Below, in pieces: positions 1 to 12,350 of a stretch of DNA of 64,000 nucleotides. The stretch comes from Tubulanus polymorphus (taxonomy: Eukaryota; Animalia; Nemertea): the NCBI RefSeq assembly GCF_964204645.1, contig NC_134027.1:13858485-13922484 (forward strand). The letters are read 5' to 3'. Position 1 is the first letter of the stretch, and each line of letters begins with the position of its first letter. A program made the position numbers and the translations under genes. The notes beneath the pieces are model-generated. The model did not search any database. It was given only the letters and a program-made list of their open reading frames with translations, and was not told the DNA's origin.

Positions 1-928
1 AAATGAAATGTAATTTTCAGATGTTTTAGCTAATAGTTTGAAATAATATTTTCTTACATTTGCGTCATTTATAGCATTATATTCTTCTATTTCTTGATTA
101 ATTACGCCTAATTTTCCTGATAATAGTTTAATAAATAGGTGAGAATATCCTGATAAATCCTGAAATAATATTGGTACGAAATTAACTTTTTTAGCCTGTA
201 AATTACAATCTTCATGAACAGATCTACGATATTTTGAATTTAAATGATCATGATCTTTAACTTTTTTATCAAATGAATAAAAACGCTTTTCACAATAACA
301 ATGAGTTGCATAATCGAAATCGATTTTATCTTCTTTTGTCATAACTATTCTTTTATTTTTGTTTAATAATTGTGCAAAATCATTTTCTAATTCTATAATT
401 TTATTACAAAATTCATTTACTACATCTTCACCTATAAAAGAAATATATTGACTCTCATATAATTCGATTTTATATAAATTCCGTATGCAGCAGCTCTTTG
501 ATGAACTTTTTTAATTGTATTTATAATTGGTGGATCTTGAATTGTATCTTCATTTAGTTCATTTCCTTTATCAATAGATTTTAAAAATTGCTTTTTAATG
601 TATATTTCTTTTCTATCTTGATGAGTTAATTCTTTATTTAATGATTGAAAATCCCCATAAATTACAAATGGAACTATATTTGTAATGGAACTATATTTTC
701 AAATTTATAATTAGTAAATTTCAATTTATAATCTTTTTCTGTTGGCATTATCAATTTACAAAATCTGTATTATCGCATAATTCTTTTAATAATCTCTGTC
801 ATAAATTTAGATAAAGATTTTCTACACAAATAAATTATTATGGTGGTCACTTTCTGTTCTAAAAAATAATTCTATTTGTTTTTACCACATAATATGTTCA
901 TTTTCATCTTTTTTTGTAATATAATAAA
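1..928 (-). pseudogene. Decayed Maverick/Polinton protein-primed DNA polymerase B fragment
   Basis: Minus-strand translation gives VPFVIYGDFQS (~640-675) and KVKDHDHLNSKYRRSVHEDCNLQAKKVNFVPILFQDLSGYSHLFIKLL (~125-265), resembling the Polinton pPolB motifs PFVIYADFE and DHCHxTGKYRGAAHxxCNL...HNLSGYD; stops and frameshifts present. Confidence 0.8.
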
Positions 929-1290
929 TGAAAGGCTGAATCCAAGAACATGTCTATCGCACTGTTGAGCCCAAACGTCTACTTTTACTTAGTAGCCACT
1001 TGAGAACAATAAGCAATTAACGATATCGGCTACTTTTCCAGTAGTATACATTTCAAAACAGTCACTCTGAAATAGTATTCCTTTCAATTCGGTTGGTTTT
1101 CTATAGTGGCTGTTTCGAAGAGTCTACTATTGAAAAGTGACCATTTGAAAACATCTGGTTTTGATAGTGCACTAGAGGTGACTGTAAAACCACCCGCCTG
1201 TAAACAGTGACTTTGTGATAGTAACTCATACCATAACGGCTACTCTCAAAACATATCGTTTCTAAAAGTCAACTATTGAAAAGTGACAAT
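929..1290. mobile_element. TIR element left arm (same family as 40436-40815), abutting the polB relic
   Basis: Starts tgaaaggctgaatccaagaacatgtctatcgcact; ~340 bp highly similar to 40436-40765; right TIR not found. Confidence 0.7.
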
Positions 1291-1962
1291 TTTGAGATCG
1301 CTTGCCAGATTCCCTGTTATAAATACACTGTAGCAACATATGCTTCAGATTTGCAGTGTTACGTGACAATATAAACATACTGAGAAACTCTACTCACCTA
1401 CAGTTTGGAGTATAATTCCATTTAGAGTGACTCATTTAAGATCTGAAGATATTGTAGATACTCTTTGAGGATGTGAAATGTAATGAGCGATTCCCAACTC
1501 TAACCAATAAAAGTCGAGATTGGAGTTAAATTTATTTACAAATTGTCAATAGTTATGTAATTTTAAGATAAATCGAAATTTCCTTCTTTTTCATGGCGAT
1601 ATAATTTAATGAAGAATTTAATTTGAACAAATGCAGCTATTTTCAAGCATAGGTCTGTATTTATTTTCGATTTAAATTCTTTAATTATAAGCGCAATCAT
1701 TAATTCAGGCTAACCTCTCAGTATTGAAATGGTGGTTTATTTTCAACGGGGGCCTGGATGTCTTAGCATCTTAAATTACGATCTGTTCGAATTTCCCTGA
1801 ATTCTAATTTCGCTGCATCATTGATTTTCTTAAACAAAATATGCTATATATATCCATGTGGATTTTAAACATTCTAAAAAAATCAACTAAAACAAGCCCA
1901 TATTTGATCAAATTTAATATCAATAAGAAACTTTGTATGGTATTCAAGATTTCATTTGGTGA

Positions 1963-2046
1963 AACCGCAACGTTTCGACGGGTGACTAAAACAGCCATCA
2001 TCAGGTGGAATGTAGACATTCGGACAACAGCCGAAACGTTGTGGTT
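1963..2046 (-). ncRNA. Minimal hammerhead ribozyme remnant in an inverted Penelope-type terminal repeat
   Basis: Minus strand ccacCTGATGAtggctg...GAAAcgtt; plus strand carries the inverted partial copy aacagccGAAAcgttgtgg. Confidence 0.55.
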
Positions 2047-2339
2047 AAACTTTAATAAATTTCATGATACAAAATTCTATTGTGGAATTTAATTTAATTC
2101 ATTTAACTACAGTTAATGGATTAGAGTATTTTATTTGACTTCTTTGGGTCCTGGAGTAGTTTAGGTCGAAAATTATTCACTTTTCGGCACGGAAGCGATA
2201 TACAACTGTGTTGGTCGCTATGATAGGGTTTCCCTGTATATCTGCACCTTAAATCGGTACCTTTGTTGGTTCTAGCCTGCATTCGCTTCCAAATTCAAGT
2301 ATTGGTAACGTTATTCTTACTCTGAATGCACTTCTGTTG

Positions 2340-3045
2340 TCGAATATGGTGCCACATATTAGTAGTTATTATTTTACGATAATTTGTAAAAAAAGTTCAG
2401 TTGGTAATTCTTTCTTCTGATTTTTTAAAACTTGCTTTTCCAGAAATACAAATTTTTGGGTATTCAACATCTGTTACAAAATCCATTATTTTTTCCATTA
2501 TTTCAATAAATTTACTAAAATCTTCTATTGTTGTTCCTTTGAAAAAAATAAATATTATAGCTGCAGGTCCTATTTCATACGTAATGTTTCTAAAGTTTCA
2601 ATTGTATCTTTAATTTCTAATGAATCGATATAATTTCTAACGTTTTCCATATAAGGTTTATTTTAAATATATAGTAGATATAGTTTTTTAATGGATTTTT
2701 TTACTTGTTGAGGTTTATCACCAAGTATTCTGTTCCTAAAATATTCTTATTGAAAAAAATTGTTGATGTTTTTTTGTGATTCGAGATGTCTTTTATACTT
2801 CCTTTTTACTATAAATTCATTACAAACTTCACATTTTATTTCGTCTTTTTTCTTATCATTTAATCGTTCTTTTCTTTCATTGGAATTTTCTGGAGTTTCA
2901 AAATCTTTTGCACTTTTTTATGATTTGCAGATTTTTCATGTTGAGATTTATCGATATATTTTTTACAATATCAACAATATTATTGTTTTTTATCAATTTT
3001 TTTTTCTGTCTGGAACTCATTATCTCCCATTTATAACGAAAAAAA
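2340..3045 (-). pseudogene. AT-rich decayed ORF with C2H2-like fingers, possibly the N-terminal part of the Maverick polB ORF
   Basis: KCEVCNEFIVKRKYKRHLESQK and YCxYCKKYIDKSQHEKSANH on the same strand, upstream of the polB relic. Confidence 0.45.
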
Positions 3046-4894
3046 TTACTTCTGGTGAGGAGTGGTGATGAGTGATTTGTCGCTCTCTCGCTCTCTGGTA
3101 TGAAACCCTGATTTTCCATTTACTCTTTTGTGCTGATTTTATTGTTATTTAACCAAAGGGGTTCTTCATGGTACACGATGCTCATGCTAAGACGGGATCG
3201 CTATGGATGAGCAGTGCAGTGGAAAAGAATGACGATTAATTATGTCCTAAACAATACCAGTTCACCAGTTTGGTGTTTCCTATATGCAAATAAGACTAGT
3301 ATTGCGTAAAAAGTTAATGAGGAATGCCGACTGTTGCTAGGCAATACGTCTGCAGTAAATGAATAAAAGCCCGCCACACTGCCATACATCTCGGCAATAA
3401 TTTCGGTCTAACCATAAAAATCAAGGGCTTTCAGGGACATTGTCTGCCAACTTTTCAAATTCAAAGACTCCCACTGACTCTCCCAGGACAAAACAAGGAA
3501 TTTAAGACTGATACGGTACCGACCCCATGTGCAAGGTGCCCGTTAACGCCAAATGATGTAGTCAGCCGCATATTAATTCACCTTGTAAAGTAAATTTATC
3601 TGAACGAATTATTGATAAAATATCATTTAAAAATCTTAATATTATTGTGATCAACTTCTATCACCATTCAACCCAATATAATGTGAAATAATCTTGAAAA
3701 CTAAGTTGCCAGATCTCTTTTTGCGGCGTTTTTAATCTCATTTTTCGTTAATTCAATGACTGTAAAAATGGTATGATTTGGCTCGTGGCAAACATACACG
3801 ACACGATGCCGACACGCTCGTTCCTCGAGAGCTAAAAAATGTTAAAATTGACAATCACATAAAATTTTGATATCACACAGACAGATCGTCATTTCAATGG
3901 CAATAGAATATAGAATGACATTCACCATCCTGTCCTAGTTATGCCATTTTGTTTGTTTCACGTGCAAAACCAGGCGATAATACTTTCACCCGAATTACCT
4001 TCAAAATGTTTTTGATTGATCCCACTGAGTTGTAAGATTCTGTGGTGGGTCCTGGTTCTAGGATGATATACAATGTGTTTATATTCCATTTCATGTAATC
4101 TCAAATGAATTTGGCTATCTTTAGGGTTTCTGCTGCTTCGCAGAATTCGTATTGTAATGCTCGTGATTATTCCTTTTCCACTTTCCAGACAAATGTTTTT
4201 CATAAAATGTATCTCCTCTCAGATTCGTATACCAACAGCATTATAAACTTAATTCTCGACATGGTAGATCTATATCGTCACAACGTTTTATTCACCAAAC
4301 AGCGCCCAGCCGCACAATATCATACAATATTTTGGCTCAATCGAACGTGTCTGTTAGTCTTTCAGCTTCGTTAGTGGTTTCGTAATCCATAAACACATTA
4401 TAACTGCGGCCAGTTATCGCCGGTCGGTCTACAAATCTTCACACATATTGACAATTTGTGACCGAAAGTGGATTTAAGCTTGATCGTACTTGAATAACGA
4501 AGTGACTGCTCAGTTTATTCGGCTGTCCTTAAAATCTAGTTTCAACAGCGGCCCAGGACCAGAATAAATTTTCAATAAAAATGATACTAGTGCTAATCGA
4601 CAATTTACAACTAACATATGTATGTTTGATGTGGTCAATCGAAATGCTTCACGAATGCATGTTGAATTCAATTAACATTTATTGAGCACACGTGGTTTAG
4701 TTCAGTTTCAGCTGGATCACATCTAAAACATGGTATAAGTACATATACACGTAAGTGCCATACCAACGGGTACAATTATAGAACGATAACTACACTCAAA
4801 CGTGGTGAACGGATTATAAGATAAAATCCCACTATATACAAATTAAAGAATTTTAAAATCAAGAAATTTATCTATCTTTTCTAAAATATATAAA

Positions 4895-4967
4895 ATACAC
4901 GACGTTTCGATCTCACCCCAGAGATCCGACGCATGACGATGATCTCTAGGATCGAAACGTCGGGTAT
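4895..4967 (+). ncRNA. Degenerate minimal hammerhead / Penelope inverted-terminus remnant
   Basis: aTGACGA-tgatctctaggatc-GAAA-cgtc, preceded by the inverted copy atacacgacgtttcgatc. Confidence 0.45.
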
Positions 4968-6900
4968 GATAAGTTCATGCAACTCCCATAAAAGCACCAA
5001 ACAACGTACATCCAGGTATCATGTATTTGAAAAATTTGCTGTTTTGTATGTGAAGTGACGCGTATATAAAGAAATGCATTACCAATTTTCAGGATTAAAT
5101 AGAACATTTTCTCTTTGAATGAATTTACATTTAGTGTGACAAAAAGTCTATTTTCATGTGTGTCGCGTGCAAATTTGCAAGCCAAGGCATGCGATACCCT
5201 TGTATACTACAGCCAACTCATCTGCATCGGAAGGTCTAAAGAGTATGACTGACAATGTTATTTCGTTCTCCGCTTTCAGCATACTGTATAAATCTGAATT
5301 GTATGTTCCGTCTGTGACCTACATGGGTCTGACCTAGGAGGTCTGCTATTGACTTCATTTTGGAGTCCTTGGTACCAGGTCAGAATACCAGTTGTTGTTA
5401 CAGGTTCCGTTCAACGTCTGACGTATAGAGGCTAACTCCTGTTTCTTGCAATGCAACAACTGATTTTAGTTTCAAATCAAACCTTTGCACTCAAATAAAT
5501 TAAATGGTTACCTTGACTTCGAAAATGTGTTTTATATTAAATCTTTGATGATTTAAATCGGGAACCGGAGAATTTAATGACTTGATCTGAATTGAATTTA
5601 TTGCCACAATCGGGATTGTCAATACGAACTGAATTGATAGAATCTTAAATTACTCTAAATGTTATTTATCGTCGATAAAACTCGTTAATTTTGGTAATTT
5701 GTTCCTTTAGAATTTGAAACTAGAATGAAATCTGCATTGGCATCAATGTCAGCCCTAGTTCTGATCTGTTGCTTCACTTCAACTTCCATCAGATTACAGA
5801 ACAGTCAGTTTTGTCTGTTTTATGTTTAACTGACACTATCAATTATAGAAGCTGTGCCACCTATGTGTTAAGCATGCATGCAATTAAGACGCCGGATCTT
5901 GAAATTTTGGATCTGAGTTGGGACACACGAAAATGTAATACTACTCTCAATTGGAATAGTCAGACTCATGAATTGCCACTTACTCCCAAATGGACTGGGA
6001 CTTCGATTTATCATCATCCGATTTATGTGTACTCTACTGTAGATAGCTTTTGCATTGTTTACTAGCTATTATTTTCATTACGTATTGAACTTCATACAAT
6101 CTGTTATATTTTGATTGTAACTAAACCTAAAGCTTGTTTTACATAAAGGGTTACTGTGTATGACTTATACCAATGGTTATTTCAAGGCAATCACTTAGGG
6201 TTTATTATGAGCCTCAGAATGATGGTAGAAATGCCCACTAGTCATAAAATACTTTATTCAAGTACTAAAACAGTTACTAAATCCATTGGAATCATCAAAA
6301 GGACAAATGGCTTCGAAAGCTTTTTGGTTAAATTACCCCCCAATATTCCGTTTATATTGGGTTTAGTCTAAAGTTTTAACTGGAATTGAATTACTCGAAT
6401 CCATGAAATTAAGAATTCGAATGATATGATATAGTCACACCGTTTTAATAACAGTAGTTCACCAATGATAGAATTTTTCCAAAAAATATGGAAGTTTAAA
6501 TGGTACTTACAACATAACGTTTTGCAGAGTTATTTTCTCATTGTTTCATCTTTTAATGGTAGAGTTTAAAATTGTACTCATTGCATTTCGAAGAAGTATG
6601 GTTAAAGAGAAGAGTATTGATAGACCTACACAGTATTTCATAAGATAGTTATATCTGGACGAAGTTGTAACAAAGACTTTGTCAAAATACAAAAAAAATC
6701 GAAAATAAGCAAATATCATTTCAAAAATGATTATCATGCGAAAGAGAAAGTCCCGATAATTTTTTGGAAATTTGGCAATTGTAAGGAAGTAGTAACAAAT
6801 ATTACACAATAATAGTTAATGTATTATAAGCGATAGTCTGTACACTAGAGGCTACAGTAGTATACCCGCTAATTAAATCGTACATTCATATTCATATAAT

Positions 6901-6946
6901 TTATTGGTGATGTTCATAATTCACAAGACGCTTTCCTACCAGGTAT
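6901..6946 (-). CDS. MARCHF6: MARCHF6 last coding exon (YLVGKRLVNYEHHQ*)
   Basis: tttttcag acceptor; YLVGxRLVNYE C-terminal element; TAA at 6901-6903. Confidence 0.93.
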
Positions 6947-8519
6947 CTGAAAAATAAAATTTAATAATTTACTCTAAAAATTAAAATACGGATATTAGGC
7001 ACAATTATCAATTGGAGATAGATATACAGGACAGCCAGCTTGTGCTTGTACACACTGAAAGAGTTTTGAGTGGGAACAATATCTGCAAGCCTGCCCTGGC
7101 GTCCTATGGCTGAGGGGAAAAATGACTGGTGTCCTTCATCAGAATTTATTTGCTTTGAATTATACATCACAGTTTGGTTACTAAGATACAATGATATTAT
7201 TGTCACATATGGTACAGATGATGCTAAGGGGGCAATAATAATCTTACTTGTATTACAACTACTACTAGTTTAGTTTGCTATATACCAAATTGTTTTTGTG
7301 ATCTTAATTTTTTAATCCACAATTGCTCTATTGTCTTTCTATAGGAATCATTTTTCATAAAGTTTTTTCAATGCCCATGATTGATCGATTGGGTACAGAA
7401 TGATTTAGTGTTGAAATGTGTTGAGACTGGATCATCAGTTTTACGACGAATTATTGACAAATTGAGTAATTGTCGTCGGTATAGTGAATCCCCCGTCTCC
7501 CCCACATGGATAAATTTGTCAGTCACTTATATTACAAAAAATTGCATATACTTCAGTTTGTGATTTATCTGAATTACACATATATGGACATATCGCACAC
7601 TTTTTTCCACATGTTTCACATCTATTTTGTTTTTTGAAAAACATATGGTTGTGTACTAGAATATCACTTTATGAAGTATGTTGTTTTCCGAACAAATACG
7701 TCTTAAAGGGTATTCCTAGACCATATGGTATGGCTTTTTTGGTAGTTTCTTGGTGACACAAGGAATAGTCCAAATAAAGATGTTTATCAGTTTTTTTGCA
7801 ATTTAAATCTGTATTTAGTGTATCATCTTTTATGTATACCAATACATCCATGTGATGGATGACTACTTCTGTTTCTGAATGTCTCAAATCTACTTGCTTG
7901 CTTTTGTTAATTGTATTTGCTAATTTTTGGAAATTTTGGAGTTTATCTAACAAGCCTACGCTGATACCCCAGATATCTTATCAACAACTTAAGTTCCAAT
8001 AAACCTAAAGATAATATTCTTGACTGCGGGGTTTATAAAACACCTTGTGGTTAATGTGATAAATTCTATATAGGTAAAACAGGACGATCATTGAATATAC
8101 GTAAAAAAGAACACCAAGAAGACGTCGTAAATGCCAAACCACAGAATGCTATTTTTTCACACACATTTGAAACTGGCCATATTTTTGACTTCTCCTCTAG
8201 CCAGTTGATATACCCTTGTTCTGATTTATAAAAACGTTGAATCCTTGAGTCAGCTATTATTCTAAATAAATTGCCCATGGGCAAAGTGTGGTTTACCTTG
8301 AAAGCTAGAGGTTGTTTGGAATAAGGGCACAAAGTTCCACAAGTTTATATTGTATTTTATCTTTCTTAAAGAATTATTTTGTAGTCAAATAAGACAAAAG
8401 ATATACATTTGGTTACGGTCCACGTCCAAAATTTTGTAGGGTACAGGTAGGCGTGGCAGGGAAACTATTATATTTTCAAAAAAAATATGTTTCGCAATAT
8501 GAAAAAAATATTCAAATAA

Positions 8520-9089
8520 GGCCATCCAAAAATACTTGTCTGTTTGCCGTAACACCGAATCAACTTTTCATAACACAGACTCAACTTTTCAGGATGAGTC
8601 GGTAGGTAGGTAGAAATTTTTTTTGCAAAATTTTTGGGCAAAAAAAAAATAATCACCTTTTTTACACGGAAACAATATCGCAAAAATCATCTACGTTGTG
8701 CACGGGAAATTTGTCTGATAGCGTAGATTTCGAGAATTATTCTAAAATTATAACTTCGTCCAGAGCGTCATCTCTGTGTTAAAAATGAAACAGTACATTG
8801 GATAGTGCGCGCTTTTACGTTAGTCACTATGAGAATGAATGGCAGCTTATTGAAACACTGCCAGTTTCCTGGAAAACTTAAATTAGGCCACATGTCAAGG
8901 CATGTTTTCACACGATGCACATTTGAATTCAAACATACGTAGCTCACACGTCGGCAGTGGGTCGGTCGGTCAGCCGTTTTTATCAAAAATAAAATTTATT
9001 TCAATGAATCCCAGAAAAAGTTTTCACTCGGTACCTTTGAAATCGGGTCGATCGGGTTACGGCGAACAGACCATTAATATGGGATGGCC
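8520..9089. mobile_element. PIF/Harbinger-type MITE inside family A copy 1
   Basis: TIR ggccatcc...ggatggcc, TAA TSD, absent from other family A copies; inverted partial copy at ~52965-53433. Confidence 0.75.
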
Positions 9090-9355
9090 TAAAATTCATA
9101 TGATGTCACATGTAAGAGGGTGGCTGAATATTGGGTCTTGGAAACCTCTTCCAATGTTGGCCGCGGAAGTTAAAATACCGGTACGGAAGAAATCGGCTAT
9201 TAGATCGTTTTAAATCCTGGACTTTACGACTACAATATTCCAACCTCGACCTGTACTTGTTATTTGCTGCTTAATATTTTCAGGTCACAAGAAATTACAA
9301 TTTATTACAAATTCTATCAAACAGAAAACACAGTGCTCATCTTCTGCTACGATTA

Positions 9356-9896
9356 TTCAGCCTAATTTCATGTCAAATGTGCACGCGTTTCAGCATCACC
9401 TTTAGTAGTGTACTGTACGAGCTTGTGTGTGTGTTGTGTAACACTCCGCACACACGTGGAGGCCTCGTCTAAGTGAATGTTCGCTTACACTTCAATGTCA
9501 ATCAAAACAATCACCGGGTATTAAAATGAAACAATACCTATGGCGGATGTGTGAAATAATTACATCCTCACCAGCAATGAGCATTTGAAATTTGCACGTA
9601 TACGGCACCTTGTCCAATGAAACGTTCAGCCTAATTTCATGTCAAATGTGCACGCGTTTCAGCATCACCTTTAGTAGTGTACTGTACGAGCTTGTGTGTG
9701 TGTTGTGTAACACTCCGCACACACGTGGAGGCCTCGTCTAAGTAAATGTTCGCTTACACTTCAATGTCAATCAAAACAATCACCGGGTATTAAAATGAAA
9801 CAATACCTATGGCGGATGTGTGAAATAATTTCATCCTCACCAGCAATGAGCATTTGAAATTTGCACGTATACGGCACCTAGTCCAATGAAACGTTC
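9356..9896. repeat. 269-bp tandem duplication within family A copy 1
   Basis: cctaatttca recurs at 9361 and 9630; near-identical units. Confidence 0.9.
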
Positions 9897-10373
9897 GCCA
9901 TTCTATGGCTTTCCCATAATTATTGTAGTAGCGCCGGAATTCCCCGTATATCCCAAAAACAGCCAATCCCATTTGCTCATAGAGACGACGCCCCCCAATC
10001 GAGGTCATTGCAATCTTATACGCGAGAGCTAAGAATTTTCCTGCCAAAAACAGTTTTTCGTAGAATTTTAACTCAGTTGACCATGTCATCGACGGAGGTT
10101 CGCCATGTCTTCAATCGCATCGATTCTACGTCGTTTAAGCCGAGAACAAATGAAACAAATGCTCACATAAAAAACGTACTGCGATTTTACATGAATTGGC
10201 TCAATGCCAACTTCATGTCGCTGACAAAGGTAAACCAAAAACTCTGACTTCACAGTCAATTCCAATTTAGGTTTCTCCCACAAAATAAACTCCTTAGTCA
10301 CTATATCCTTACAGCTATAACACTTAGTTACCTTGTTGCTATATTTTGTATAGTTATAACTGTACAATAAATC

Positions 10374-10417
10374 AGTTTTTGAAAATGGCTCATAGATTTG
10401 AGTTGAAACGTCAAACT
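10374..10417 (+). ncRNA. Degenerate hammerhead ribozyme at the 3' end of the inner Penelope element
   Basis: stem I agttt/aaact, mutated core ttgaaaa, stem II gctca/tgagt, GAAA-cgtc. Confidence 0.5.
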
Positions 10418-11004
10418 ATCAGATAGTTTTTCTTTTTTATTGTGGGTTTTTGTTGACTAATTGATATTGGACAGCCACTTGTCTATGGAAACCAACCCAG
10501 ATATCATCCACAGCGTTCGTATGCTAGTGGTTTCTTTGGTGACCTGTCTAGAAGTTCTTTCTCCTATTCCCCTAAATATATACATGTATAATTCATACCT
10601 AGTTTTCGACCCTATAGCTGTTCCTCCTTGCTGTATATAATGTTTGGCCATAAAAAGAAATTTATTGTTTTCCAAAACCATATCCATTAGATCTAATATT
10701 GTTTCAGTCGATACTAGATTTGTTCCAGTACGGCTGTCTAGAGCCTTTTATACAACTATTCTGGCTTCCTATGGGGGGCATTGGGATAAAGACCCATAAT
10801 TTCCAAAACAGCATTGAGTTTTTTGGTAAAGGCCCTTCAAATTTAGATATTTTGTTGAGGAGGTGTGTGGTGTCCTTGATGTAACTATCTAGGCTCTGGC
10901 CCGGGTAATGGATCCGGAGGCATTATGTATTTTTTCATTTTTTTGGAAATAGCACCCTGTTTATATAGATTGTTGACAAATTTCGTAACTTTATTAGATA
11001 TATT

Positions 11005-11272
11005 CAGGGGCGGATCCAGGGGCATGTTGTGACCATGTCGACCAATAAAAAGGGCATATCAGCAAAATTTTTGAAATTTTACTATTATTTTAGAGCTTTC
11101 TGAACATCTCTGAGGCATTTAGTCAAGAAACATAGGTTATATATTTAGGAAAAATATCTTGTGTATCTCAGGTGGTTACAACGGCAAATTTTGATACTGA
11201 GAAAAATAAAAAGGCACTTTAAAATTCTGACCGTGTCAGGCGACACGGTCGACACGGTCTAAATCTGCCCCG
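11005..11272. mobile_element. hAT-type MITE with 5-bp TSD, inserted in the Penelope ORF
   Basis: caggggcggatc ... aaatctgccccg; atatt on both flanks. Confidence 0.65.
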
Positions 11273-11959
11273 ATATTTCCTCTTTGATCTGAAGGAAATG
11301 ATTTGTATGATTTGTTTTGTGACATTTCATTTTCTACCTGTTCAATATATTTGGATGTATCCATTATTACTATGCCCGAGCCCTTGTCGCCTGGTCTAAT
11401 TACTATGTCTCCATCATTAAGGAGTTCTATCATAGCCTTTTCCTTAGATCTATTTAGGTTCTTGAGGAATTTATGTGTTTAACCTTTTATGATTTAGTCC
11501 TTTACTTCCTGTATATATAGGTTCAAATAATTGTCTCTTCCTGTCGGAGGCATCCATGTACTTTGTTTCTTTTGAAGGAATTGTTCTTTTTCATAGATGG
11601 GTTGGTTGTCTATTGAATCATCGTAAAAGAATTCCTTGAGTCTCATCCACAATCCAATTCCATGTAAATCAGTGATGACTTTGGCCATATCTAACTTTGA
11701 GCACGTAGGGACAAATTTGAGACCCTTGCGTAACAGGTTTTTTTGGGGTACCATTAATATCTTACTGGAAAGGTTAACGACTTCCACATTTTTTTCTTTG
11801 ATGTTTTCGGGTTCGGCATCTCTGTAATGTACTGATGGTTTATGGCCATTTTCTATTTCAAATATGGTTGTATGTTCTGCGACCTTTTCTTTATATATCT
11901 TTGCAGTATTATCGGCTCGTTTTTGAATTCGTGAATGAGTTTCCCGTATGCATCTACAC

Positions 11960-12350
11960 AGTCGACTTGTGAGTTCACTTATATTGAAATGGTTATTTCT
12001 ATGTATGATATCAATGAACATTTTTTCGTGATTACATTCACCAGGTGGAAATTTCATCCATGTATCTGCAACGTTGATGTTGGATGGCACAAATATGTCA
12101 ATTGAATATAAATACGATGTGACTATGATATCCGCCTCTGTAGCTCATGATTCAGTGTGACCATCTTCTCTTAGTACATTACGGATGTGAATATCATAGT
12201 CTCCATCTATGTATGGTTTGTATTTGACAATATTTGTTTGAAGCTCACATGCTATTTCTGTTCTAACCCTCTTGTATAATTCCTCATCACCATAAATATA
12301 GTGTGCAATACATCTATAGAAACAATTTCCATCACCTGTCATTTCTATTT
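11960..12350 (-). pseudogene. OTU-like cysteine protease domain inside the Penelope ORF
   Basis: IEMTGDGNCFYRCIA (Cys codon 12322-12324), S*ATEADI (Trp codon changed to TGA), IIHRNNHFN (His codon 11989-11991), all in one frame. Confidence 0.85.

Larger units (their letters stand above)
8264..10241 (-). mobile_element. Helentron-type non-autonomous element (HINE/DINE-like), family A copy 1
   Basis: Subterminal inverted repeats ggtttacctt/aaggtaaacc, terminal hairpin ttgcccatgggcaa, T-rich ends, no TSD; 4 copies in window. Confidence 0.8.
7978..10495 (+). mobile_element. Second, 5'-truncated Penelope-like element (GIY-YIG plus 3' terminus) inserted in the first
   Basis: GVYKTPCG*CDKFYIGKTGRSLNIRKKEHQ at ~8028-8120; flanked by direct repeat cccagatatc (7968-7977, 10496-10505). 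Confidence 0.8.

Noticed and set aside
5262-5340. Possible terminal exon of a convergent plus-strand gene after ttctccgctttcag
   Set aside because: Short frames with no recognisable homology and no supportable partner exons.
12145-12147. In-frame TGA in the Penelope ORF as selenocysteine readthrough, as in some Naiad PLEs
   Set aside because: It falls at the conserved OTU Trp position (TGG>TGA), and the neighbouring in-frame stops are TAA, which indicates decay.
11960-12350. Functional link between the OTU deubiquitinase-like domain and the host E3 ligase MARCHF6
   Set aside because: The element is a decayed intronic insertion with no evidence of splicing into the host gene; probably coincidence.
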